Below are positions 1 to 12,949 of a DNA stretch of 64,000 bases, piece by piece (position 1 is the stretch's first letter; each line of letters opens with the position of its first letter). The translations under genes were made by a program, and so were the position numbers. The stretch spans positions 64,046,001-64,110,000 of the forward strand of contig OX597828.1 of NCBI GenBank assembly GCA_951406725.2, written 5' to 3'. Under the pieces are notes generated by a model. The model was given only the letters and a program-made list of their open reading frames with translations. It did not search any database and had not been told where the DNA came from. Origin of the DNA: Octopus vulgaris. Lineage: Eukaryota.

Positions 1-61
1 TCGAGAATCAGAAACAGTTATTTCCCTTACAAACCTGAGCAACGCCGGGCGATACTGCTAG
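1..61 (+). mobile_element. Helitron 3' terminus (element extends beyond window start)
   Basis: CCTGAGCAACGCCGGG subterminal hairpin followed by CGATACTG-CTAG|T (CTAG 58-61); same terminus at 1630-1657, 46555-46581 and (minus) 17192-17220. Confidence 0.8.
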
Positions 62-91
<30 letters not shown>

Positions 92-93
<2 letters not shown>

Positions 94-300
94 CTTTACT
101 CTTACTTGTTTCAGTCATTTGACTGTGGCCATGCTGGAGCATCGCCTTTAGTCGAACAAATCGACCCCAGGATTTATCCTTTGCAAGCTTAGTACTTATT
201 CTATCGGTCTCTTTTGCTGAACCGCAAGTTACGGGGACGTAAACATTAGCATCGGTTGTCAAGAGATGTTGGGTGAGGGGAACAAACAGACACACAAACA
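92..300 (-). mobile_element. 3' half of tRNA-derived CORE-type SINE (family A)
   Basis: Matches 48768-48950 and the reverse complement of 39240-39416 (cttgtttcagtcatttgactgtggccatgctggagc...ccccaggat...ggttgtcaag). Confidence 0.75.
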
Positions 301-304
301 CACA

Positions 305-362
<58 letters not shown>

Positions 363-439
363 ACACACATACGTATATATATCTATCTGTGTATCTCGCT
401 CTCTAAACACACATACACAGATAAGCATAGACACAACGG

Positions 440-612
440 AACCCTTATTTGGTTGTCTGACCTGCTAGAAATAGTAACCACATCATATCGCTGCAAATAT
501 ATAGGGCCACACTGAACAATGTATTCCCCGGTGTACGAAGGTACGAGAAGGCCGTGGCTCTGATCATTGGTCAATTTAATCAGGACAGACCCAGAGTTAA
601 ACAACCACAACA
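440..612. repeat. Dispersed SINE-like repeat (family D), degenerate
   Basis: gacctgctagaaatagtaacc motif and gttaaacaac end recur at ~7985-8170 (opposite orientation), ~14225-14260, ~18678-18720 and ~28110-28290. Confidence 0.5.
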
Positions 613-1064
613 CCAACAACAGGCTCCATATAATTCCATGGATATGTTTATACACAGAAACAGACACACAGATATACAAAGACAAACGTTTTATACATTT
701 CTAAATCTAGTTAAGGCAACATAAACATGGAATATTTACTACTAATTATATACACACAACTAAACACTCACAGTTACACACACACGCACAGAGATAGAGA
801 GAGATTGTTAAATGGATACATACGTACATTCATACACACTGGTATAGATGCAGCGAGCTTTACCGTAATTGATATATGCAAATACTTAACAGACATAATC
901 ATTTTATTATACACACCAAAACTATACACCCGTATATATACAATCAAATACATCTGTATATATTATATATATACATCTGTATATATTATGAATATACGAT
1001 TAAACGCATCTTCCTTTTGATCTACTCATACTCATACTTGAAATGCTTCCATTGTCGTTTTAGA

Positions 1065-1945
1065 GCTATTTAGACTTTTGAGGTGTTTAGATACTGAAAA
1101 TTTCTATAGATGTCTAAGTCGTGTTTAGATGTGTAAGATGTGCTTAGACTTCTATGTCGTGTTTTGAAGTCATGGTTTGATGTGTTTAAATGTGTTTAGA
1201 TGTCTATGACATTTTGCCTATGACGTGTTTAATATATCTTTAGTTATCTCACTTGCGTTTTGAAATCTATATATATAAAGCTGAAGTTGTCTGTGTGTGG
1301 CAGGTTTGGTAGCCTTCAACCAACACTATCTCCTCCGAGACCGTGCGGCGCAAGTTGACCAAAATTGAGAGCATGATAGAAGAAGGCTTGCTCTTCCTTC
1401 CGTAGAAGAAAAAATTCAAACCGGACCATGTTAACACCAAAAATTATTTACATCAAAAAGGTGCTTGTTTTTTCTATATATTTCCCTATTTTTTACGATT
1501 TTTTTACCGCTGTGTTGCCATTTTTCAGTGTATTTCAATCAGAAAAATGTTTACTTAAAGAGAATAACAAGCTACATAATGCAAGATTCTTACTTTTCAA
1601 AAATTCCAATTCTAAAGGGTCGAAACAAACCCGAGCAACGCCGGGCGATACTGCTTGTTTAAATCTATTTAGACTTTTTACGATGTCTTTAGGCGACAAA
1701 GTTGTTTTTATGTCTCATTCGTGTTTAGATACATAAGATGTGTTTAGAGGTTTCAATAATGTTTTTCATCTTAGATGTTTTTACATACCGAACGTGTTTT
1801 GATATTGAGAATATCTATAGACATCTAAGTCAAGCTTTGATCTTTCAGATGTGTTAAGATGTCTATGATGTGTTTAGATATCCAAGGCGCTTTGGTTCAG
1901 TCGTGTTCAGATGTCTTATACGTGTTCAGATGGTCTCAGATATGC
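1065..1945. repeat. Degenerate short-period tandem array (TGTTTAGATG-like), interrupted by a Helitron
   Basis: Many variants of gtgtttagatg/tgtctatga on both sides of 1266-1657. Confidence 0.65.
1266..1657 (+). mobile_element. Complete non-autonomous Helitron (~390 bp)
   Basis: A|TCTATATATATAAAGCTG 5' end; CCCGAGCAACGCCGGG hairpin; CTTG|T 3' end (CTAG variant); inserted between A and T with no TSD. Confidence 0.8.
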
Positions 1946-2323
1946 TTCCTTCTTTAGAGACACCGACTGGGAGGGAGGGTTAGCTGAGGTTTTATTTTGA
2001 TATGAAGTGTGACAAACATAAATTTCTCTCTGGAATGAGCATGTTTTTTCCTCAAATAATCTTCTGCCTATTATTGCATGTGTCAGGTTTAGGGTAAAAA
2101 AAAATACAGAAAAAAGTTTATTTACTGGCTAGAAGGACTACAAGGCCTTCGTAGTAGGCTTGCAGTCGCAGTTTATGAAGAGGTGATAAAACCTGGAGCC
2201 ATACTCAGTCGGCTTTATGGCACATTAACGATCAGATCAGCTTCTCAGATTCAAACAAGATCACCTCTTGCGTGCTCTTTTGCCTCGCTTGCATATTTTC
2301 GTGTGCGCGCGCACACACACATA

Positions 2324-2362
<39 letters not shown>

Positions 2363-2549
2363 GTTTACATACATATAAATACGCATACTTACGCGCACAC
2401 ACAAACAAACACATATTGTTCATCGGTAATTGCTTTGATTGCATTTTTCCAAAAAGAAAACTAATTAATACTATTATTAAGTGATACAATTGTCCTTAAA
2501 CTCTTAAAATTTTTACATTTTGAGTAAAGAGGAAGAAAAGAAAGAAGAT

Positions 2550-2584
<35 letters not shown>

Positions 2585-2603
2585 TAAAATGAAATAATGT
2601 GTG

Positions 2604-2637
<34 letters not shown>

Positions 2638-2834
2638 TGTATGTATGTATGTGTATGTATTGAAATTACATAAATGAAAAAGAAATCTATTCTTAGCCAC
2701 CAGTGCATTATCAAACGTTGAAATTCCTGCACCTGGTTCCAGTGGAAATTTATTTATTTAAACCTCGCACACTATTTGGAGCAGATCCAGTAATAAGAGG
2801 AGGGAAAGGGAGAGATTGATAAATAGAGAGAGGG

Positions 2835-2876
<42 letters not shown>

Positions 2877-3091
2877 TTTCAGCATATTACTTCATACACG
2901 TTTGGTCTTCCTAAATCTACCACTGGCTTATTTATTACAAAAACAGAAAGAAAAGCTAATGGACGAAGGCGTGGAGGAGTTACTAATGCGTTTAATCGTC
3001 AATTGTTGAGGTAGCGTGTTCGACCTTATTGCATGGCAAATTGGACAAATCTCTTCAACCACAACCGGGTGTCAATTCAAGTCTTGTGAGT

Positions 3092-3253
3092 ATTTCGTCT
3101 GTCATTACGTTCTGAGTTCAAATTCCGCCGAGATCGACTTTGCCTTTTATCATTTTGAGGTCGATAAATTAAGTACCAGTTGCGTACTAGGGTCGATCTA
3201 GTCGACTGGCCCCCTGCCCCAAAATTTCGGGCCTCGTGCCTAGAGTAGAAAAG
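3092..3253 (+). mobile_element. 5'-truncated tRNA-derived SINE (family B) with 18-bp TSD
   Basis: B-box gagttcaaattcc, core gtcgactttgccttt...gtcgataaattaagtaccag; flanked by aattcaagtcttgtgagt at 3074-3091 and 3254-3271. Confidence 0.85.
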
Positions 3254-3454
3254 AATTCAAGTCTTGTGAGTGGAATCTGGTAGTCGGGCATTCCATCGAT
3301 CCATCCGAGTTCTTCGATAGAAAGCTTTAATATCGTAGCCACAGACATCTAAAGTTTATCTCTGAGACGGTAATGGAAGCGTTCCAAGTTGAAGATCAAA
3401 AGGGAGATGTTTCTGCGGGTTTATTCATAATATATACAAATGTCTTTTGCGTGT

Positions 3455-3720
3455 GTATGTTATTATTTAGGTGTTTCCATCATCGAACTTCGGCCAGGCT
3501 GGGCACCGCCTTGAAAAATTTCGCTAAACAAATCCGCCCCAGGTCTGCTACTTGTACTACAATCAGTGCTCTTTTGCCGTACTGTTAATATGTGAGAACA
3601 TAAACAAACCAACACCAGTCGTCATGCATTGGTAGAGGAGAATCACAAACAATGATACATGCACATATTTAATCTCTGTCTGTTTGTCTGGCTGGCTATC
3701 GATATATCTATCCCTATGTA

Positions 3721-3766
<46 letters not shown>

Positions 3767-3890
3767 CGTGTGTGTGTAAGTGTGTGTGTGTGTGTATACA
3801 TGTATATACGACGGGCTTCTACATAATTTCCATCCCCTAAATTCACTCATAACGTATCGGTCGGCTCGGGATTATGGAAGAAGGCTATGT
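3455..3890 (-). mobile_element. Degraded SINE family A copy with internal (TG)n
   Basis: caccgccttg...aaacaaaccaacaccagtcgtca... and acgacgggcttc...ggtcggctcggg match other family A copies. Confidence 0.6.
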
Positions 3891-3910
3891 TTAATATAGT
3901 GAATATATGA

Positions 3911-4458
3911 ATGTATTAAGCGTTTACTTATATGTGGTCTGATCAATAGGTATCCGGACTGTTACCATAGAAACGAAGCTAAAATACGAAAAGTAAAGCT
4001 GCCAGGCGCAGATTGACCTTGAACTCTGCTATGCATGTGCACTAAGTTTTAACGTCCTAGCTCACTTCTGGTTGCGAGTCTCCCAGAAAATTCGTCGCTA
4101 GCGACACATTTGTGGCCATCTTGGAAACGTCTGAACTACTCGTAGATTTGTGTGCAACTCATGCACTTCTCTTCATACGCTTTCTGTAGCCTTGCGTAGA
4201 CCTCTAAGCAGGTGTCGCCATGACAACTTTCTCTGTCATTATCAATGCGATGATCACACGCTACACACGTTCCTTCCAAGCATTGCTGTAAACAACGGAA
4301 GTCAGCTAGAACATTAAAACTTAGTGTGCATGCATAACAGAGTCCAAGATCAATCTGTGACAAGCAGCTTCACTGTGTGCTTTAAGTTCGTTACTATGGT
4401 AACAGTCCAGATACTTACTGATCAAACCTCGTATGTATTATATAAAGTACGCTTACAT
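3911..4458. mobile_element. Fold-back/MITE-like element with ~165-bp imperfect inverted arms
   Basis: Arm 3911-4074 (ggactgttaccatag...gcactaagttttaacgtcctagct) is the reverse complement of 4293-4458 (agctagaacattaaaacttagtg...ctatggtaacagtcc). Confidence 0.75.
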
Positions 4459-5434
4459 CTATCCCCGTTCCTATATGTGTATGTAGGTTTCAATTCAACT
4501 TTGTTTCTATCTGTCTATTGATGTATCTATCTACACGTAGTTGTGTATGTATGTAGGTGTGTCGAGTATATGTATGTGTGTCGATGTGAGTCTAATTACG
4601 TGGTAGGGTGGACTGAGCCGGTAAGTCCCAGAACCAATCTTGGACAGCGCGCTTTGTCACGCTTCTTATGCCCGAGGTTGATATTAAAGCTACAAATTCC
4701 TGTGGAATTCTAAGCCGTATGCGGTTATTCAATGAATTCAGTTGATGGAACCATAAGAAGAGTCATCGCATCAACCGACGAAGGATCTATTTATAAATAG
4801 GTTATTTTATAGCAAAACGTATATCCATTAGGTTGATGATAATTTTCGATTCCTCTTACAAGGATCATCAGAGATTAACCATCATTTCCTTGATGTTGAG
4901 GTTAGTGATTATCTCCCATGCCAGTTCAGATTGAGTATTGAGTAAACTATGACCAAAGCAACACACCGTTTGTTTGCATTTTTGTTTGTTAAATACGATT
5001 GGCAATTATCTGAAGGAAATTTGACTGCTATTTATTCTTCGACGATTTTGTCAAAAAAGTTATCCAGAACAAAGTAAATCTCGCTACCGTGAAGCTTTAT
5101 GCTCAATTCTCTCTCTCTCTGTCTACCTCTCACTCACTGTTTATCTCTCTCCACCTTCTCCTTCGCCTCTCTCTCTCCGCTTTGTCTCTCACTTTCCTAT
5201 GAGCGCCCATGTAGAGATTGGCTGCAGACATTCGACACCATTCATTCTCAGTGTCTTTAATTTACTCTCATTCATATGACGTCATAATAATAAACTGTGT
5301 TGCGATGCTCTTTCTGAAAAAAGAACAGAAATTCGAAACGTCAAAGAAACCTCTTGCCTCTTGCCTCTCGTCTACACTGATCACATTTTGCATTCTGTGT
5401 TCATAATCTCATCACGTGATACATACGTACATAC

Positions 5435-5594
<160 letters not shown>

Positions 5595-6031
5595 AGAACA
5601 TAGACACACACATATATGTAAGCTCATATATATATATATATTCCCTGCTTATCTGTTATATGTGTGTCTGTATGTATACAGATACTCAAGCATGCATTAT
5701 ATTAACATAGGTATGAACTCACAGAAGCATGTATATGTAAGTGTATATATGTACGTATATGAAAGTGTGCGTATGTCAAAATATTATGAGCTGCATTAAC
5801 CTTTAACAGAGACTATTGGTTTACACAAGAGATTGAAAGGAAAACTAAACTCGACGCCATTTCAAATTGGCTTCCATTACAACAGAAACAAGCAGAAAGT
5901 TTCACTTTGGCATTTGCTCGTTGTTGTTGCTGTTGTGACTGCTGTTGTTTTTGTTGTAACTTATGTTGTAGGTCTGACACTATTTACATATCGTTGCTCT
6001 ATTTCTTTTCGTTCATTTTGCATTTAAGCGC

Positions 6032-6089
<58 letters not shown>

Positions 6090-6090
<1 letters not shown>

Positions 6091-6290
6091 TGGCAGCACC
6101 AATCGAACGCCGGATGAAATGCTTAGCGGTATTTCGCCCGTCGCTACGTTCTGAGTTCAAATTCTGCCGAGGTCGACTTTGCCTTTCATCATTTCGTGGT
6201 CGATGTAATAAGTACCAGTTACGCTCTGGGTGCGATGTAATCGACTAGTCCTTCCCTTAAAATGTTGAAGGCCTTGTGCCTAGAGTAGAA
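6090..6290 (+). mobile_element. SINE family B copy following (ATT)n
   Basis: gaaatgcttagcggtatttcg...gagttcaaattctgccgaggtcgactttgcctttcatc...ccttgtgcctagagtagaa. Confidence 0.85.
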
Positions 6291-6357
6291 TTAATTGTTA
6301 TTGCTGTTGTAATAGAAGCAGTACTACCTGTAGCAGTAGTAGTGTTATAATCACTTC

Positions 6358-6486
<129 letters not shown>

Positions 6487-6610
6487 AATATTAGGGAATA
6501 AATCCAAACTTACAGGGAAAAATTAGATTTAGGATTAAATTCAATTTTATATTATAAATATATTATATTATATTATATTAAATTAGAGATAAAACCCCTA
6601 TTAGGCAAAT

Positions 6611-6650
<40 letters not shown>

Positions 6651-6671
6651 GTATGTATGTTTATACATACA

Positions 6672-6838
6672 CGTGCTGTTGGCGATTTCTTTTCCTTCTT
6701 CGAACTTCTCCCTTTCTCCTTTCCGACTAAGAGCTATGCTCGAAACGTCAAACTCTCTCTTTTCACCGAACGTCAAGCTAATATACTTCTTGCGCAGGTC
6801 TTCTTGTCCGTTAATTTTATTCGTTTATTTGCACTGAC
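6672..6838 (+). mobile_element. Solo Penelope-like terminal-repeat fragment with degenerate minimal hammerhead motif
   Basis: ttccgactaagagctatgctcgaaacgtcaaac (6721-6753) and downstream ttcaccgaacg parallel the 3' end of the PLE at 56987-57045. Confidence 0.6.
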
Positions 6839-6841
6839 TAT

Positions 6842-6886
<45 letters not shown>

Positions 6887-6913
6887 CACACACAGTGCAT
6901 GTGTACGTGAGCG

Positions 6914-6959
<46 letters not shown>

Positions 6960-7028
6960 TATATAAAGATTCATGGATCGAGGTATAGGAAGAATGTTAG
7001 CTCCGAGCAATCCATGGTAGAGACAGAG

Positions 7029-7077
<49 letters not shown>

Positions 7078-7791
7078 GAGGGAGAGAGAGAGAGGGAGAG
7101 AGAGAGAGAACCAGTAAAAACAGAGAACGATAGATAAATAGTTTGATAGTTATTCAAAGAAAATAGCGAGTCAACGTGAAGACTAATTAAGCGGAGAAGT
7201 AGTTTAATGAAGCCGTCCTGTACATTACTTCACCTTGGTTAGATTGTGTCTGGTTAATTTCTTCCTTTCATCGTCGAGGGAAATGAGAAGAATACAGACA
7301 AGGTCAACTCCAACATCTCCCACCCACCACCACCACCACATATGCACTCCCCACAAATACACGTATATGTATATACACACACAAATATGCACTCTCCACA
7401 AACACACTTCTACATACACACACAGACACACGAAAAAATAGGCACACAGGTAACAAACGTGTCTTTAATTCCGAAAATCTTGCTTAGTAAAGTTATCATC
7501 CTGTGTTGTGTTTAGATTTTTAAACACTCTTAGAGGGAGGTTTTGTCAAGTAATTGCATGGATTACTTCAGTTTCTTTGAAGAATTTCAACTCAGTGCAT
7601 TACATACATGAGGGCCACCGCCACTTCTGTTAATGTACAGAACATTTCCCTTCGTTACTTTTTCCTCAGCCACATTCAACGATGGAGAGAAATATTGGCG
7701 ATCTGTTGTCCATTTTTGTAAATATTGCATCAACCATTTGACTTGGGAAATGTTAACGTTGTATATTGTTGTTGGGGCTTTCTTTTTATGG

Positions 7792-7965
7792 GTGGAGGTG
7801 TGTAGCTCAGTGGTAACAGTTGCACTCATGATCGCATGTTTTGGTTTCGATTCCTGATTGAGCAAAACACTTCATTTCACGTTGGCTATATATAGTCCAG
7901 GGTAATCCTACGAGAAATTGGTGCCCCATCCAGGGGGTGAGGTATATGCTATGGCTCGGGAAAGA
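7792..7965 (+). mobile_element. Degenerate tRNA-derived V-domain SINE (family C)
   Basis: gtggaggtgtgtagctcagtggt A-box, ggtttcgattcc B-box, tggtgccccatccagggg; related to 52711-53023. Confidence 0.55.
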
Positions 7966-8940
7966 TCTTTGATCCCTTTTTTTTGTTTTCTTAGTTGAAT
8001 CAGGTCAACCCTCAAGAAGTAGACTTACAGTCAAAGCACTTTCACCCGTGACATGATCATCTCAAGTATTTTTAAACTACATCTTTATTAAGCTGATAGA
8101 ATATGATCTGAATAATATTTGGTTGCTATATCTAGTAATTGAAGGACGAGGTAGACGCCTACTTATTGCTTCTTCAAGACAATTTGTTTCGCTACAGAGA
8201 TAACAAATTATGAAACGGAGATCTAACTGCTGTTTCTGCCACGTCAAATGTCACCATATAGGACCACTCGTTCGCCCGGCGTTCAGTTAGTTGACTTGAG
8301 CGTTTAGAAACTGTCACGTTAGTGGCTGGGTATTCCCGAGTTAATGGAAATGGTTAAATGGAACTGCGGTCTACACATTGAGAAATAACTGGATATATCA
8401 GGCACCTGTAATCTCAGAGATGTATTTCTCACTGAGCACCAGTGTGACACACTGTGATAAGGCCATCACCATTGAATTACAGGTACTGTTCATCCGAAGG
8501 GCTTCCGTACACTTTCCGTTTACTCAGTTATGAGTTGATTCCAGGAGGCAATAGAGAAAGAAAGTAGGCAACATGTTATGAAGCGGATTTGAGAAAACGG
8601 GAAAACTCTAGCCTGCGATCATTTGAGGTGACCCTCCCGAGAGACAATGTTGTCTCGACAAGAAACTAATCCACAACAAATACTCTCTAAAGAAAAACCA
8701 TCAATTCAAAATAGATTTTTCCCGAATGGGGAGGCACTTTCACCAACGTTTTTATTTTCTTTCCAATGTGTTATTCCTCCGAGTGACGTGGACGACGCTG
8801 ATTCGTTGAAATATTTAACACTTCACAATCGCATAATACTAGCATTCTTTTCTTTTTTTTTTGTGGGGTGGGGAAATGGATACAGAAGAAACTATCTGAA
8901 ACCGATGTATATATATATACAAATACACAATTAAAGAAAA

Positions 8941-8975
<35 letters not shown>

Positions 8976-8982
8976 GGTAGAT

Positions 8983-9170
8983 TAACAGAATTGTTAGCGC
9001 GTTAGACAAAATGTTTAGCGTCATTTCTTGCAGCTCTTTATAACGCTGAGGTCAACTTTGCCTGTCACTCTTTCGGGGTTGATAAAATAAAGTACCAGCC
9101 AAATACTAGAGTCGATGATATCGAATACTCTCTATCTCCTCAAAATTGCTGGCCTTCTACTTGAAACAGA
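8983..9170 (+). mobile_element. SINE family B copy, degenerate
   Basis: gaggtcaactttgcct...ggggttgataaaataaagtaccag. Confidence 0.7.
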
Positions 9171-9558
9171 CACCATTCTTCTTCTTCTTCTTCTTCTTCT
9201 TGCTTTTGTTATTATAACATTTCATTTTGTCATTTGAGGCGTAGGTAATCTTAGCACATTCTAAGCACCAACCGTTGCCTCTTTTCCTCTCCTTTCTTCC
9301 TCAAAGAATTTGTCTGTCAGTAGTAAGAAGACGCGATAAATATTTCTTGCAAAAGCCATGAGACACGTTGAACAAGAGATGAGCTTCCGGCGAATTGTCT
9401 CTCAGCTTTCTTTTCAGTTTTTGATGTTATAATTTCATTTTTGTTATATTCATGAAACAACCTTGAGAAAATGGTGAAGGTCACTTCTACGAAATTCTCT
9501 CCCCATAAAAAAAGTGTGTGCGTATGTGTGTGTCGTCTTCGTGTTATTTATAATTTTT

Positions 9559-9666
<108 letters not shown>

Positions 9667-9754
9667 GTGTGTTTGTGTGTGTGTATCTTCGTCTGTTTTG
9701 ATGACTAGTATTCAATAGTTTGATGAACTGAATTTTACTTTATTAGCTTTAAGT

Positions 9755-10030
9755 GGCCGAGTACACCACAGACACGTGTACCCATAACATAATTTCCGGG
9801 CCAACTCCGCGTGCCTGACCCGGTGTGTGAGGACAAACTGACATTTGAATTACTTGTGCAATCCATTTGAGGTGTTTCACACAGTTTCGGTCTCCCCATT
9901 TTTATTCAAAAGCTCGAGTTAGTTCATTGCTATGGTAAAGCACACTTGCCTAAGATGCCATATAACAGAATCGAACCTTGTGACCTCATGGCTGGGAAGC
10001 TATCTCCCTAACCATTCGGCTATGTTGCGT
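9755..10030 (-). mobile_element. Composite SINE remnants (family A head 9880-10030 plus another dispersed repeat 9755-9870)
   Basis: cacttgcctaagatgcca...atcgaacc...gctgggaagc...ctaaccat; 9755-9870 resembles ~8335-8490 and the reverse complement of ~20950-21030. Confidence 0.55.
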
Positions 10031-10107
10031 CCAAATTTACGTTTATGTTTTAGTATAGAAGACGGATAATTTTTGATTTTTTTATAATTCCATAATATTG
10101 ATCTTCA

Positions 10108-10240
10108 GCATAATCGTTAGACAGCCGGACGAAATATTTTACGGTATTTCTTCCGGCTCTGTACGTACCGGGTTCAAATTTCACCGAGGTCAATGTAGCT
10201 TTTTATCTCTGCGGGATCGATAAAATAAAGTACCAGTCAA
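10108..10240 (+). mobile_element. SINE family B copy
   Basis: gggttcaaatttcaccgaggtcaat...ggatcgataaaataaagtaccag. Confidence 0.7.
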
Positions 10241-10539
10241 GGACAGAGCTCTCGTGTTGTTCCTAAATCCGAAATTATAAGTAATCCGCAAAACAAGAGA
10301 AATAAACCAAGGAAAACAAAAAGACAAAAAAATTAAGATTGGCAGAAATGTTGAGTAACCGACTGTGTCTGGCGGTCAGAATATTCTGCTGTATTATCGG
10401 AAAAAACTTGAAGGAATGCCGTAGATGTAAATATTTGTAGCAAAGTACCAAAGTTGTAAAAACTAAAAGAAAAATACTAAATAAATAAGAATTTAAGTGG
10501 GTGTTGGTGGTGGCGGAGTGGTGAGAAGAACGATAAGCA

Positions 10540-10675
10540 AAGCAAGAATCTAAATAGCGACTCAGGTTTGTGTTGCCGCCATTCGCCAAGTTTCAGTTCT
10601 CTGACGTCATTGATAACCTTGAGAAATGACTGAAGGTCAAAGCCGTCACGTTTTCTCATTGTCATAAATGGAAGA
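10540..10675. promoter_or_regulatory. Candidate cis-regulatory motif cluster in unique sequence
   Basis: Perfect CRE TGACGTCA 10602-10609, YY1-like GCCGCCATT 10575-10583, GATAA, AGGTCA half-site, CATAAA; motif matches only. Confidence 0.25.
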
Positions 10676-11854
10676 CACTCATGCCAAATGATTTAGAAGC
10701 AAAAATGAATATAAGAATAAAAATAATAATCGGAAAGGCTGTGCGGGTGGTAAGTAGCAAAGAGCAAAGTGTAGGAAGCTAACGAGATAAGGCTGCATAT
10801 TCAGTTTCGAATGGAGGTCGGGTCTGATTCACCTCTCATGTATTGGCAATGTCCTTGAACAAGTATTTTAAGGACATCACACAATCCGTTAATAAGTATT
10901 TGGGGGTTTATGAGAAAACCATTTTATATCCCTTTATAGTTAGCGACTAATGGCGTAAAAGAAATGGATGAACGACACAACATCCCGTCCCGGTATTTTA
11001 TAAATCTGTGTCCATGTCTCTAATCAGGGAAGTTTCTTACCCTAACAAGAACAACATGATCACCGCCAATTCCTCTTTAATGGTAATTATTAATAAATGA
11101 ATTCTTTTGAATTTCATTGTTGAAGACTGAGACTTTGGATTGCTTTACGTTTACATCTATTTTTAGAGATAGATGTCTGTTAGTTCCTATCCAGACTCTT
11201 TCTGAAACTGTAATGAAAGGGAATCTCGGATATTTCTTACTTTTCTAACGACAGATGACATTTCATTCTGCCCCACTTTGCCTGTCTGTCTGTGTGCCTG
11301 CCTGCCTGCCTGTCTGTTTGTCTTTTAAGACATTTATCAGTAAAAAGTGAATAATAATAAAAATAATCGATAATTTCGAAGGGTGTCTTTCGCCATCGAT
11401 TGACAGCTCTTCAAAACTATCTTCAACACTGACTAACATATCTCGGTTAGAATTGAACCTGCATATCAACAAATTTAATTTAGCTAAAAGTTTATTAGCA
11501 AAAGACAGCAATGCATGATCTAGTTTATAATTTGTTGAAGTTGATAAAGAGAGAACAGAAACCTAACTGTACGGTGGCAGTGGCTAAGACAATTAGTTGT
11601 AAAATATGACCCAGCTACACTAAGATCTGAAAAAGAACCGCAGTTTAAAAACAGTAGGTTGCTCTGAGAAGCATTGCAGTAAGATTAATGAGCAATCTTG
11701 AGAGCTTGTTGCGTTCAATTTTTGCGGTGATCCTGAAGTTCAGAAGGAATTGGTGAAACGTTTTCACTGACGACTTTCCGAGAATCTACTGTTACAAGAC
11801 AAATTATAAGTTATGATTTTGACATACAAAGAGACACAACTTAACATCGGTTTA

Positions 11855-11894
<40 letters not shown>

Positions 11895-12052
11895 AAACTT
11901 CTTTGAGGTTCCCATTTCGCAAATCCCACTCACATGGTATTGGTCAGCATGTGGAGTTAAAGTAGCAGATCTATGACAAAAGTGTCACGTAGTGAGATTG
12001 AACCTGAGACCACGTGGTTACGAATCTAACTTCCTAACCACACAGCTATACC
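11895..12052 (-). mobile_element. SINE family A tRNA-like head
   Basis: gattgaacctgagaccacgtggtt...cctaaccacacagc is the reverse complement of the tRNA-derived head. Confidence 0.65.
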
Positions 12053-12457
12053 TCGATATGCTTCCCCCGCCTTAATATATATATTTCAATTCCTTGGAGG
12101 AAGAAAGAGCAGATTTAAAGATGCTGTTTCACAACCTAAAAATACCTGCGACACTTTTCCCAACTCCATATATGGATAGAACTGAACGCATAAAATATCA
12201 GACATATTCATTTATTTATTCACGTATGTATTTAGACGGTGTTGTCGTTATTTTTGTCAGTCGTGGGACACAGTTGACAGTTGACAGCTCTCTTATGCAA
12301 TGTCTTTAAAGCCTGGCATTTGCACAAGGAAAGCAATGACATTGGTTTCATTGAAAGTCAACTAAAAACGAAAAAACCTGGAGGAAGCAAGCTGATGTTT
12401 TGTTTCATGGCCAAGAAGATTGGCAGCAAAAGGATGTAAAGACCCAGACCTCGGCTT

Positions 12458-12840
12458 TATGCTTTCTAATTTAGGTACAAGGACAACAATTTTGAGAGGA
12501 GAAAGATCTTGCTGATTACACCGGGAAGCTGGGGGTGGGAAGGAACGGTGAATTCGGCGAGATTTGAACTCGGAACGCAAAGAACCAGAAAAACTTCGGC
12601 AAGGCCTTTCCGACAACGCACTAACGATTTTGTCAATCCACCACCCTAAATAATGGTTTCTAATTTAGGTACAGGAACAGTAATTTTTGCAGGGAAGAGT
12701 TTGACCAATGCCATCGAAGCGGTACCTGACTGGTTCTTGATATTATTGACTTTGCTGGGATTTGAACGCAAGACGTAAAGAGTCAGAACAAATATATTTT
12801 TTGACCGCCTTTCTCACAAACCTGCTAGCTCTCCGCCTTA
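12458..12840 (-). mobile_element. Two tandem degenerate SINE family B copies
   Basis: tttctaatttaggtaca repeated at ~12462 and ~12657, each followed by gatttgaac B-box complement and ending ccaccc/ccgcc. Confidence 0.65.
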
Positions 12841-12914
12841 CCACAAAACCAATTGCAACAAAATAATATTTGAACTGGTAATTACATTGCAATAATTATT
12901 AGGCTTATTGAAAC

Positions 12915-12949
<35 letters not shown>

